A DNA stretch of 64,000 bases from Rhizaria sp. SCN 62-66 (Eukaryota): NCBI GenBank assembly GCA_001724265.1, contig MEDY01000004.1, positions 62,001-126,000 on the forward strand, in the 5' to 3' direction. This document shows, one piece after another, positions 29,804-40,193 of this stretch. Position 1 is the stretch's first letter. Every line of letters starts with the position of its first letter. The position numbers were made by a program, and so were the translations under genes. The notes under the pieces were generated by a model that was not told the origin of the DNA, made no database searches, and saw only the letters and a program-made list of their open reading frames with translations.

Positions 29804-31036
29804 TCACTCGGCCGCCGCGAGCGCGAACGCGCCGGCCAGGTTGTTGCCCTCGGCCCTGGCCCTGCCGCTGCTGCGCCTGCTCGCGCCCGCGTTAGCGTTG
29901 CCCGCCAGCGCCGCCGCGGCTTGCGCCCCGGCCTGCTCGACCGCGCCCGCAGCCGCCGCAGCCGCGGCGGCGGCCTCGGCGGCGTCAGCCGCGGCCTCGG
30001 CAGCCAGCGCCTCGGCGGCCGCGGCGGCCTCAAGCGCGGCGCGCGTAGCGCGCACGGCCTCGAGGTGCGCCTCGACCGCGGCGAGCGCGTGCGAGTTGTC
30101 CGGGTCGTCCTGGTCGACGAAGCCGTGCAGTCCCAGCCCGGCGGCCTGCGCGTACCGCTCCACCTCGTCATCCTGTGGCGCAGCGCCGTACGCCGCCGCA
30201 CCCGAGAGCGCCTGCTGCGCGGCGGGCGCGGGAGGGAGGCAGCGGAAGGCAAGGAGCGCCCAGCGGCCGACGAGGATGGCGAGGTTGAGCAGCGCGAAGG
30301 CAAGCACCCAGGCGCGCGCCGAGTGCAGCAGCAGCCGCGTCGCCGTGAGGAACACGAGAGCGGCGGCCAGCGATACCGCGGCCGTGAGCCCCAGCTGCGC
30401 CGCGCGCGAGGCCGCGGGGCGGCGCGTAAACGCGGGTGTCAGGATCGCGTCCAGCCACGAGCGGTCCACGCTCAGCCGCATCGCGCCGCCGCCGCCGCCG
30501 GAGAGGGAAAGGACGGCGCCGCTGCCGCTGCCGGGGACCGGGGAGGCGTTGGGGGAGCCGGGGGCGAGGAGCCCACGCGCACGGGACGACGAGCGCGCGC
30601 CGGGGAGCCGCCCGCCCTGCGCCGTGGAAGACGATGGCAGTGGGGGCAGCGCGGCAACCATGGTGAGCTCGGTGACGCGGTCCGCGAACGGCGACGGCGT
30701 GGGGACGGACTCGGGCGAGAGAGGGGCGCGGACGCGCTCGCGCAGGGTCGACGACGACGACGCGTGCGCGGGGGTGCGCATCTTCAGCGGGACAATCACA
30801 GAAACCTCCTCAAATGCGGTATCACGTGCAGAAGCAGACGCGGAAGCCTTCTTAGACGTAGACGAGGCTGCCGGGGACGCGGCGGCGGAGGCGCGAGAAC
30901 GGGCCGGCGACTTGGCAGCAGTGCGAGCACGGCTGGAGGAGCGGTTCGAGGCCGCCTTAGAAGATGTACCAGCGGTGCGTGCGCGCGAGCTAGAGCGCGA
31001 GCGCGAGCGCGAATTTGAGCCTGCGGAACGGGGCAT
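29804..31036 (-). CDS. Hypothetical membrane protein: RS/SP-rich basic N-terminus, two hydrophobic helices, Ala-rich helical tail
   Basis: ATG 31036 gives MPRSAGSNSRSRSRSSSRAR...; hydrophobic stretches LGLTAAVSLAAALVFLTAT and AWVLAFALLNLAILVGRWALLAF; stop TGA. Confidence 0.7.
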   Translation of the reverse strand: MPRSAGSNSRSRSRSSSRARTAGTSSKAASNRSSSRARTAAKSPARSRASAAASPAASSTSKKASASASARDTAFEEVSVIVPLKMRTPAHASSSSTLRERVRAPLSPESVPTPSPFADRVTELTMVAALPPLPSSSTAQGGRLPGARSSSRARGLLAPGSPNASPVPGSGSGAVLSLSGGGGGAMRLSVDRSWLDAILTPAFTRRPAASRAAQLGLTAAVSLAAALVFLTATRLLLHSARAWVLAFALLNLAILVGRWALLAFRCLPPAPAAQQALSGAAAYGAAPQDDEVERYAQAAGLGLHGFVDQDDPDNSHALAAVEAHLEAVRATRAALEAAAAAEALAAEAAADAAEAAAAAAAAAGAVEQAGAQAAAALAGNANAGASRRSSGRARAEGNNLAGAFALAAAE

Positions 31037-31703
31037 GCTCGCCAACGTGACCTGTTTACAGAAGGTCGGATTGAGTTGATGATGTTGAGGTGGCAGTGAA
31101 AATTGTGAGTCAGATATGACATGGTTCCCAAGCGCGCGTTTAAATATCACGGGAGAAGAATATACAAAACAAAGAATTGTATCCGCTCATCTCTCCTTAT
31201 AAACTTGATACGCAGTATCTCACTGGGTTTCGTCATTGCAAACTTGCACGCGCCCCAGGATTTGAGAGGCCGTTTTTCGACCATAACTCGGGTGGCCAGC
31301 CCGAATTCCTCTCATTTCGTCGGCATGTGTGCTATTTTACGTGCTTCAACTTAGACATTGCTATACTTCTTGTACCCGCTATTGAATTGCAATAAAAATA
31401 ACGATAATTTGTATTTCAAAGTGCCTAGACCCTGATAAACCTTTCAAGGATTCACTCATAGCGGTCACAATCGAGTTACAATTGTTACTCAGCAGTGATT
31501 AAGCAGCGCATCAGCTTGAACTGTCATGGGCGATGTCTGAGAGTGATCGACGTCCTTCCGGAACGCAACAATAGTCCGCTGGCCAATTGATACAGAGAAA
31601 TAATAGCAAAATTCGACACGTAACAAGCCAGATCACTGTTCTACACGTTTGGTTTCGTCTCACGTCAACATATCATGTTGCAGATGTCATCACGGCTTAC
31701 TCC

Positions 31704-33086
31704 TCACTTGCACTGCCCGCAGAAAATCTCTCCGTCTGCGCAGTTGTCCATGTGGACGTGGTCGCCCTGCGCCTTGGCGTCGAGCCAGGCCTTGACAGCG
31801 GGCCGGTGCGAGAGTCCGCCGATCTTGGGCGCGGTGGCCGAGAACTCGGTGTGCAAGAAGCACGAGGCGAAAAAGGCGCCCGCGCCGGGCAGCGTGCGCG
31901 ACGTCACGGGTTTAAGTGCGGCGCGCATGCGCTCGGTCCAGCCGACGAGGTACTCGGCCACGGGCGCGGGGCAGACCTGGAGCTGGTTGAAGCACGGGCG
32001 CGGCGACTGGTCCGCGGGCAGCCAGACTTGCGGGACGCCTGCGTGCAGCGAGACCACCACAGCGTCGGTCTGCGCCTGCACAGCAAAGACGGGCATCGAG
32101 ACCGTGGGGTAGGAAGCCTCGGAGAAGATGCAGCGCCAGGGCTCGGCCGCGTGCGCCGCGACGCAGGCCGCGGGCAGAAACGCGTTCCAGAGCGTGGCGT
32201 ACTTCTGCAGGTCCTTCCACGCCCAGGGGATGTATGCACCGGGCCGCGGCTCGGGACCCGTGTACACAACCTCGCCGTTAAAGTAGGAGCCCGCGATGGG
32301 GACCAGGTAGTACTCCTTGGTCGCGGCCACGGCGGTGGAGGCAGAGAACGCACCGGTGGAACTAGGGAGACCGACGGAGGCAGCGAGAGACTCCAGACCC
32401 ACAGTCAGAGGGCTGCTGGTAGAGACGCCAGAGCCAAGGCCAACAGAAACGGCAAGAGCCTCTGACTGGGCGGTCTCAGCAGCGACAAAGTCCTCGATCT
32501 GCTTCTTGATCGCGTCTGCGACGGCGACGGCCGCGATGCCGCCGGCGGACTCGCCGGTGATGATGACGCGGCGAGCATTCCACAGACTCGTGGTGCGGAG
32601 CGCGAAGTCCACGGCTGCGGTAACGCCGTGGAAGCCGGAAAACTGGAGCCCGTAGGCGCGATCGTTGGGCGCCTTGTCGAGGCCGAGGAAGAGGTCGCCG
32701 GAGCAGTAGGGCACGAGAAGCTGGTTCCACGCATAGAACTCGGGGTTCTGCGTCTCGCGGTGGTCCTGCATGCCGTAGAAGCCGCGCACCTCGGGCCACT
32801 CGCGAGAAGAGCCAAGTGTGGTGTTGGCGCGCTTCGTGCAGCCCATGCGCGTGACGCACTCGCCGCCGCCCTCGAACATGATGATCCAGTCAGTCTCGTG
32901 CGCGGGCAACAGGTTCGCGCGCGCGTACACGCCCGCTGGAGACCCGTCCAGGCATTTGGCCGCGCTGTACTTCACCGAGTCAAACAGATAGCGCTTACCG
33001 TGCACATCAGCAGACACGTCCTCCCGGACAGCGCTCACGGCCACCAAGCCAGCGACAGTGGCGAGAACGAGCAGAGCAAGCTTCAT
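31704..33086 (-). CDS. Secreted pectin acetylesterase / Notum-family esterase
   Basis: Signal peptide MKLALLVLATVAGLVAVSA; AKCLDGSPAG, WIIMFEGGGEC, NPEFYAWNQLLVPYCSGDLFLG, nucleophile motif GESAGG, FFASCFLH. Stop TGA. Confidence 0.9.
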   Translation of the reverse strand: MKLALLVLATVAGLVAVSAVREDVSADVHGKRYLFDSVKYSAAKCLDGSPAGVYARANLLPAHETDWIIMFEGGGECVTRMGCTKRANTTLGSSREWPEVRGFYGMQDHRETQNPEFYAWNQLLVPYCSGDLFLGLDKAPNDRAYGLQFSGFHGVTAAVDFALRTTSLWNARRVIITGESAGGIAAVAVADAIKKQIEDFVAAETAQSEALAVSVGLGSGVSTSSPLTVGLESLAASVGLPSSTGAFSASTAVAATKEYYLVPIAGSYFNGEVVYTGPEPRPGAYIPWAWKDLQKYATLWNAFLPAACVAAHAAEPWRCIFSEASYPTVSMPVFAVQAQTDAVVVSLHAGVPQVWLPADQSPRPCFNQLQVCPAPVAEYLVGWTERMRAALKPVTSRTLPGAGAFFASCFLHTEFSATAPKIGGLSHRPAVKAWLDAKAQGDHVHMDNCADGEIFCGQCK

Positions 33087-34624
33087 CCTGAATCTGGGCA
33101 AGACAAAAAAGGAGGCATACAAGATGAATTTATACTATTCTCGATGTGTTATTAAATTAAATAATATTATGCAATAATTAAGTCGGGGAATCGCAATAGC
33201 ATTGTGAAAACAACGAGTGTGTAAGGTGGAGTAGTCTGTGCATAAATGGACACGTCGCTCTATGACGACGTGCGACAGTACTGTGCGAAACTGTCTTGTG
33301 GTGACGTTTTGTTCATGTTAGACATCGCATCTTAGTATTACATAATAAGATAATTAGGCAACAATAATGTACATTGTTAATTATAATAATACATACGGAA
33401 GTTTCGCATTAACCCGGATTTGTTTATCTTCAAAATAGCTCCAATATGAAAATGGAACATCCGCGTAACAATTGACATGAGTAAAACATTTAGCGCTGCA
33501 ACGCGCCACCATCGCTATTTCTTTCTTCAAAACAAGTACATGTTATAGAGATAGCACTAATTTTGCGAATAATTGATTTTTTAATGCTTGAGCGACTATT
33601 GCACTTTAGGATTATAGAACAAAATATTTGTCAGTGAAGTTGTGATACAGGTTGCACAAGCGCGTGCGGATCTCCCGACCCGTATGTTCCAGATGAAGCA
33701 CGTGTTTTCATTGTGTTGCGTAATGCTCATGTTGTTTTTGAATCTGCTTTAAGTGTATTTAAAGATATTCTTAACGACTTCATCTTGATATTACACATCT
33801 TAACTCACAACTCTTCGTTAACACACAACATGACAAACCAAAATAGAGATGGGCAAATGACACCGAGAAAAATTAGCAATGTTTTGAATAGATATTATGC
33901 ATATTAGCGCACTTTACATATAATACATCTTGTTGATGCAAATATAACAACACTATCAACTAGAACAATCATTGATACATGATGAAAGTAAGTTTGCTTG
34001 ACCTACGCAAGAGAATTAAAATCATGTAGTTCATAGGTCTCAATTTGTATTAATGCAGAGACTGACTTAGTAACAACATGTAAATTAGTATCTCTAACGT
34101 GTCCATTGGTTGTTGTTTTTAAATGCCCTCGATTAAAATCTGTATTCTGCTCTGGATTCATCAGTGACCGATACGAATCTCGCGTAACACATACACAATC
34201 AACTTTATATCCCCCCGTTTCTGTTAGCTTCAAGATGTTTTAACACAAGCTGCCAAAATAAATGTAGTATACACATAGTGTACTTGACTGATGTTCCTTA
34301 ACCCTTTTATTCCGCAAAGCTATATCTTGAAGTAAAAGAGCTTTGGATGTGAAAAAACACCGTCTTGCTGACCAACCTGACTGACGACCTGCGCTTGCTG
34401 ACTGTCCAACATTGCTAACGCGCCCTTCAATAATATGATCGTCGTTCTTGATTTAATCTGGGAATCGTGATTTTGCGTTATATTTTATTTTGAATTCGCT
34501 TATTTTATCTCTAAAACAAAATGTTTATGCTTGTGTAATCCACTTACAAATCCAGGTTTTGTAAGAGTACCACTCATAACAATTAAGCAACTTTGTCGCA
34601 GCTGACTGCGCCCGCCCGTTTGTA

Positions 34625-37600
34625 ATGAGCACCGACCCGGCCCTGTCGTGGCAGGTAGAGGATGTGGCGTATGATGAGGACAACTCGGAGATGGAGACGC
34701 TTGTGTTCCCGGACGAGGATGTGCCGTTTGTTGACGGTGAGTACCTCGCACTCCCATCGTTCACCAATATCTACGGACTCGCCTCCTTCACGTACCGCAA
34801 CATGCCGCAGACTGTCGTTGCTACACACAAGTCCATTGCGCTGTTGCTTACTCACCACGATGGCGCTCTCAAGCTTCGGTACGCACACAAGACCTCGACG
34901 CTGAACTTCTTGCCCCTCTCGGCGCTGCCTCCACGCTCGCAGCTCATCGGCGCAACAGCCTTCACCGCGTACCCCGACGGCCGCCCCATCATTGCCATTG
35001 TGCTCTCGCAGTCGCTGCCGGACCAGGACGAGCAGCGGTCGTACCTGTACCTTTACGGCGAGCGCTGTCCCGTCGGACTTGACCTCGGCGCCATCTGCGC
35101 GGACCGCCACATGATCGAGCTACCCTTCACGCCCTTCTCCATCTCGCACACGCAGCTGCTCTCACCCGTGCCTTCGCCCGCGCGCGTGCGCGAGTGGGCC
35201 TCCGCCCCGGCCGAGGCTTTTGACGCGCCGCTGATCCACACTGACATCGTCATCACCGGCTCCGACCGCAGCGTCCATGTGTACCGCCAGCAGCTCCCCG
35301 TCTGCGCGGCGGCCGCGCCGCACGAGCACGCCGCGCTCGTCGTCACCGCGCAGGCCGCGGCCGCCGCGGCTGCTGCTGCAGACGCGCCCTCCGCCGCCGC
35401 CGCGCCTGCGGCTGCTGCGACCGCAGCCTCAGCGGCTGCGGCCGTGTGGAGCGTGTCCGCCGCTGGCACGCACGCGCTGTCGCCCGCCGCACTGGCGCTG
35501 CTGTCCCAGTCCGTCGCGCGCCTGCCCGCGGGCCACGACCTCACGCCCATTGCGCCCCGCACGCAGACCTCGCGCGCCACCGCCGCCGCCGTTGCCGCCG
35601 CAGCCGCAGCCGGGACAAACTCCGGCTCAGCGGGCGCTGGCGCTAACGCAAATGCGTCGTCGTTCGTACAGGTGTGGGCGCCGGTGATGCGGCGCCGCGA
35701 CATGCCGCCCGACGACCCCGTTGTAGCGCCGCTGCGGGGGCCCGCCGCGGCCCCCTGGGACGGCGCGCTCGCCTCCGCGCTGGCCCCGCGCGCGCCCGCC
35801 GAGGCTGCCGCGGCCGCGCGTCACGCCGCCGCGGCCGCGCACTTCACAGCGCGCGTTGAGGGACGCGTGGAGCCGCCCGCGCTGCGCCTGCTGCCGCCGC
35901 ACGTCGCCGTGGCCGCCGCAGTTGCAGGTGCGACTCCCGGCCCCGACAGCGCTGGCGCGGTGACCGTGGCGGTGCCCGCGGTGCTCTTCTCCGAGCTGCC
36001 GCTCACTGCGCCAGACCACCCGCTGCGCGCGCTCGTGGCGCTGCCGACCTCGGCGACGACCTTCGTTGCCGGCGTGCGGCCCGCCGACGGCACGCGCGTC
36101 ATCGCCGTCGGCTGCCAGAACGGGCTCGTGCGGCTGCTTGTCACGCCGCGCGCGTTCGGCAGCTACCTGTGTCCGCGCGAGTGCCGCTGCGAGGCCGCCG
36201 ACGCCGGCGCGGGCGCTGCGTCCTGCGCCTGTGTCTTCGGCTCGGAGGCCTCGCTGCGTGGCGCTCGCCCGCCCCCCGCCGCTCGTGCGTCGCTGGTCAC
36301 GCAGGCCTTTGTCGACGGCGGGCCCGTGTCGTCGCTGCTACTCTTCGCGCCTGGCGGCGATGTGCCCGCCGCGCGCCGTCCCTGCACGTGCGCCTGCGCC
36401 GCCGCGGCCGCCGCGCCGGCAGGTTCGGCCGTGCGGCCCTGGCTCGTGCCGCCTGACCGCCTCTACGGCCCCGCGCGCGGTGTTACTGCTGCGCCCGCGC
36501 CGCCCGCTGTCGCCGCGGCAGCAGCTGCTGCGGCTGCTGCAGCAGCGGCCGCTGCGGCTGAGGAAGATGACGAGGACGAAGCCGCTGCCGCCGCGGTTGC
36601 TGCTGCCGCTGCCGCCGCGGCGCTTCCCGCGCAGTCGCCCACTGCAACTGCTGCCGCTGTGTCGCCGCTGGAGCGCGTCATGCGTCGCGCGCTGACCGCG
36701 GCGGCCGCGGCGGCTGTGAACAGCGGCAGCGGTGGCAGCGGCGCCGACGCAGGGATGCGCGCGCGGGGCGGGTCCGTTGCGCGGCGCGGCTCGCACCCGG
36801 AAGCCGGGCTTGCGCCTGTCGCCGAAGGCAGCGAAGGCGGCGAGGAGGACTCTGAGCACGAGATACATGACAGCGCGAGCAAGCACACCGCAGTGGCGCA
36901 CGGAGTCGAGGAGGAAGACGAAGCTGAGGACGAGGGTGACACTTTCCCGAACGTCAATGCTCACGCAGGCACTAGCGCAACAGCTGACAGTGACTCACGC
37001 GCTGATACTACCCAAGACCGTGACCGTGCGCGCGAGCGTGAACGTCAGCGTGAGCGCGCGCTGCCGCCGTCGCTGCTTGCCTGCGCAGACGTGCATCTGG
37101 TGGTGGGCTCCGCAGCTGGCGGCGCAACGTGCTTCTGCGACGTCGCACACGCCCAGCTGACTGTGCCCGTCGCGGTGCCCGTGCCGCCCGTTGTGCCCGC
37201 GGATGCGCCCGGCGCTGCACTGGCTGACGCGGTGACGCCAGACTCTGTACTCAGCCTTGCGGCCGATGACGCTGACGCTGATGGTGTTAAAGAGCTGCTC
37301 GTAGGCACCTATTCTGGCCGCGTCTGTGCGTTCACTGTGGAGCCGGAGCCGCTCCCCGCGGCCGCTGCGACTGCGTCCGTGACCGCGACCGAGCATGGTC
37401 AACAAGAACAGCAACAGCAGCAACAGGATGCGGGTGCCAAGGCGCGTGCGCGGCCGCTGCGGTTTGTATTGTCGTGGCTGCGGCGCGTGCCAGGACCAGT
37501 GTCAGCGATGCAGGTGACCTCTCTTCGGCGCCCGCGCCCCACAGCAGAGCCCGTGCGTGGTAACGCCGGCCCAGCTGTCGGACAATCGCAGCTTGCACTC

Positions 37601-37780
37601 GAAGCGCAGCCGCTCGGCAAGGTTGACCCGGGCCCGCTTGCGGTGCTGACGATGAGCGCGATGCACCTGCTTGAGCGCAGGCACATTACACTTGCGAGGA
37701 ACCTTGCTAGGAAGCTTAAGCTGCTCAAGGAGATTGCGCAACTTGAGAAACAGCTCCAGGAGAAGGCAGCACTCAATTAA
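34625..37780 (+). CDS. KPTN: Kaptin (KICSTOR subunit) homologue with Ala-rich insertions
   Basis: Colinear motifs resembling kaptin as I recall it: LPSFTNIYGL, IELPFTPFSISH, ITGSDRSVHVYR, IAVGCQNGLVRL, DGGPVSSLLLF, DSVLSLAADDADADGVKELLVGTY, FVLSWLR, LAVLTMSAMHLL, then a C-terminal coil. Stop TAA. Confidence 0.85.
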   Translation: MSTDPALSWQVEDVAYDEDNSEMETLVFPDEDVPFVDGEYLALPSFTNIYGLASFTYRNMPQTVVATHKSIALLLTHHDGALKLRYAHKTSTLNFLPLSALPPRSQLIGATAFTAYPDGRPIIAIVLSQSLPDQDEQRSYLYLYGERCPVGLDLGAICADRHMIELPFTPFSISHTQLLSPVPSPARVREWASAPAEAFDAPLIHTDIVITGSDRSVHVYRQQLPVCAAAAPHEHAALVVTAQAAAAAAAAADAPSAAAAPAAAATAASAAAAVWSVSAAGTHALSPAALALLSQSVARLPAGHDLTPIAPRTQTSRATAAAVAAAAAAGTNSGSAGAGANANASSFVQVWAPVMRRRDMPPDDPVVAPLRGPAAAPWDGALASALAPRAPAEAAAAARHAAAAAHFTARVEGRVEPPALRLLPPHVAVAAAVAGATPGPDSAGAVTVAVPAVLFSELPLTAPDHPLRALVALPTSATTFVAGVRPADGTRVIAVGCQNGLVRLLVTPRAFGSYLCPRECRCEAADAGAGAASCACVFGSEASLRGARPPPAARASLVTQAFVDGGPVSSLLLFAPGGDVPAARRPCTCACAAAAAAPAGSAVRPWLVPPDRLYGPARGVTAAPAPPAVAAAAAAAAAAAAAAAAEEDDEDEAAAAAVAAAAAAAALPAQSPTATAAAVSPLERVMRRALTAAAAAAVNSGSGGSGADAGMRARGGSVARRGSHPEAGLAPVAEGSEGGEEDSEHEIHDSASKHTAVAHGVEEEDEAEDEGDTFPNVNAHAGTSATADSDSRADTTQDRDRARERERQRERALPPSLLACADVHLVVGSAAGGATCFCDVAHAQLTVPVAVPVPPVVPADAPGAALADAVTPDSVLSLAADDADADGVKELLVGTYSGRVCAFTVEPEPLPAAAATASVTATEHGQQEQQQQQQDAGAKARARPLRFVLSWLRRVPGPVSAMQVTSLRRPRPTAEPVRGNAGPAVGQSQLALEAQPLGKVDPGPLAVLTMSAMHLLERRHITLARNLARKLKLLKEIAQLEKQLQEKAALN

Positions 37781-38205
37781 CTCAACACTAAGGCATAACG
37801 TAGTGTTAGGCTGAGATTTTTCGATGAATTACTTAGAAATGATACTTGAATGTATTGCTTATTTAGATTACTCTCCAAATAAACAAGATTTTATGACCTG
37901 TGACAATGATTGTCACTAGTACAGCGGCCATTCTCAGCCGCTCATACCCATGATATGAGGATGATAGTGTCGCCCGCCGCTTTTATGCTTCCAAACTTCA
38001 CCCCGCTTCCTGGCGCAACGCTGATGCACTTTAATGCCGAGTAGCTGCGAGCATATGTTGAAGGTGAGAATATTGAAACGAGTCAAAAACGTCACCATCG
38101 ACAAGCTGCACAACACGTCTATGAACACGTGTTGCCGTCAACTTAAAGCTCTGGCATCTCAAGCTTACATTATATAATCTAATCGTTAAACATCCTGCAG
38201 CTGAG

Positions 38206-39015
38206 TTAAAGCGCAGAGCTCAGGACGGCCGCGGCAACGGAGACAAGTGCAAGCGCGGCAGCCGCGGTGCGCGTGCGGTCGTCTCCTGTGGCGGCGTTGG
38301 ACGCACCCACCGACACAACGCGGACGGGGTTTGTGGCAGGCGTAGACCCGCTAGATAACTCTGTCACAGGCGTTGGCAGAACCGCCGTGTGCGTTGCCAG
38401 CGGCAGATTCGTGGTTGAAGTCACGCTCTCATCAGTCGCTGTCCACGTCTCAGTATCCGTATCAGTCTCCATAGCACTCGCAGTGGCGTCAACAGGTTCC
38501 GCGGTGTGCTCTGGGATGCCTGAGAGCGCAAGCGTGACACTTGATGCTACGGACCCAACCTTGAAGGTGACTCGCTCCGTCGCAAACATCCCGCGGCCAG
38601 GTCCAGAGCTATGCACGCACCACACTGAGAAGCTTCCTGAGGCGGGTGCGCGCAGCGCGTAGGCCATCTCGTTGCTCTGGCGGTGGCAGCCGCCGGGGAA
38701 AGTGGCGCCGTCGGTGGCCTCGCATAGAACCTGCTCGCCGGGCAGTGAGGGGAGCTCGACGGACACCACTGAGCCTGCGGCGACGGTGGCGCCCGACGCC
38801 AGTGGTTCGCGCGTGGCAGCATTAGTTACTGTGAGCGTACGCGTGGATGAGTCGATGAGTCCACGGCCCATGCCGCGCGGTAGTGGAGCACCGAGCTCAA
38901 GCGACACATTGGCACCACGCTCGCCGCACTCGGCAAACATTGCATGTGCTGACACCAGCGTCGCCAGCGCGGACAGGCTCAGCGCCACCAGAAAAGTAGT
39001 CTTAATCTTGCGCAT
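38206..39015 (-). CDS. Secreted, probably GPI-anchored surface protein with a small Cys-containing (reeler-like) domain and Ser/Thr-rich stalk
   Basis: Signal peptide MRKIKTTFLVALSLSALATLVSA; a domain of about 140 aa with 4 Cys; T/S/D/E-rich linker; hydrophobic C-terminus AAAALALVSVAAAVLSSAL. The reeler assignment is tentative. Stop TAA. Confidence 0.7.
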   Translation of the reverse strand: MRKIKTTFLVALSLSALATLVSAHAMFAECGERGANVSLELGAPLPRGMGRGLIDSSTRTLTVTNAATREPLASGATVAAGSVVSVELPSLPGEQVLCEATDGATFPGGCHRQSNEMAYALRAPASGSFSVWCVHSSGPGRGMFATERVTFKVGSVASSVTLALSGIPEHTAEPVDATASAMETDTDTETWTATDESVTSTTNLPLATHTAVLPTPVTELSSGSTPATNPVRVVSVGASNAATGDDRTRTAAAALALVSVAAAVLSSAL

Positions 39016-40193
39016 CCTTATAACTAAAGTTCTCTCTCTCATACAGCAATAAAACAAAAGAATAAAACAGTAAAATCACAAAACATGCCGTAGATGAGTT
39101 GCTCAACTTGTAATTACCTTCGAAAACGTCTCTTTTCTCGCGATATCAAATCACTTTAAGTTTCCAATCGATCTCTTCAAGTCGAGCTTTCAATGCTTTG
39201 GTGGCAGACAGCATGCAGATTGACATGCCACGTTGTCGCTGACTGCGAACAACTTAAAATAAAAAAATACTACAAATTTTACGTGTTTTAACATGAGTGG
39301 TTATTGTGATTCACATAAGGAACGCATGCTTCTCGATATTGCTTGCCGAGCATAATGAAGCAATATCTGTCGCACACAACAGTGTCCTTGGAGGTAAAGT
39401 TCTTAAATGATAAGAATCTGTATTTGTCGATGACTCGTGGCGAGTAGAAGGAGACACATAAACAAACAACAAACAAACAGAAAAAAAGTGAAGCACTGAT
39501 ATGCAATGTAACGTCGCAGTATTGGGCGCGCGTTGGCTCTCTAACCATAGTTGGAAGTATGAAGTGAGCGGAGTCACAGTCAAATATAGCTGTGACAATG
39601 AGCGCTGATATAAAGATTACAAAATACACAAGAAAACACGACAACACAACGCTGCGATACCATAGTGAGGATGATCGGCTGACAACTATGATCAAAAAGA
39701 ATGACGCAGATAGAACTGATGACCACCAGAGTTGATTTAATGGTGCAGGTGGCATAAAGGAAATACAAAACCAAATAGAAGAAAAAAAATGAGAATATGT
39801 AATTTTTTAAATGAAAAAATGTAAATCAAAAATGTAAAATTCCGTGCTTATAGTAATGAAAAAAATACTCGGATGAGACTAGTCGGAGAAGGAAACGACT
39901 GTAGGATTAACGACCATTGTTACGGTCGCGACGGCACACTCAATCTCTCAACCAAACTCGTTCGATGAGAGATCGGAGAAAGAGAAAGATAAAAACTCGA
40001 AGATAAGCTCTCTAGCCTTGCTCAAGGATTTGCTAGCTCATAAACTCGCGAACTTGCGTACGTATCCACCGCCAGCAGTCACATGCGTCCTCGCGCTGTG
40101 CGCGCCAAGGCTGTCGCGCGCGCATTCGCCCTGCCGCACGTTCACTGGCTCTCGGAGTTGACGTGTGGCGCTCTCAGCTCGATCGCGTTGCAA

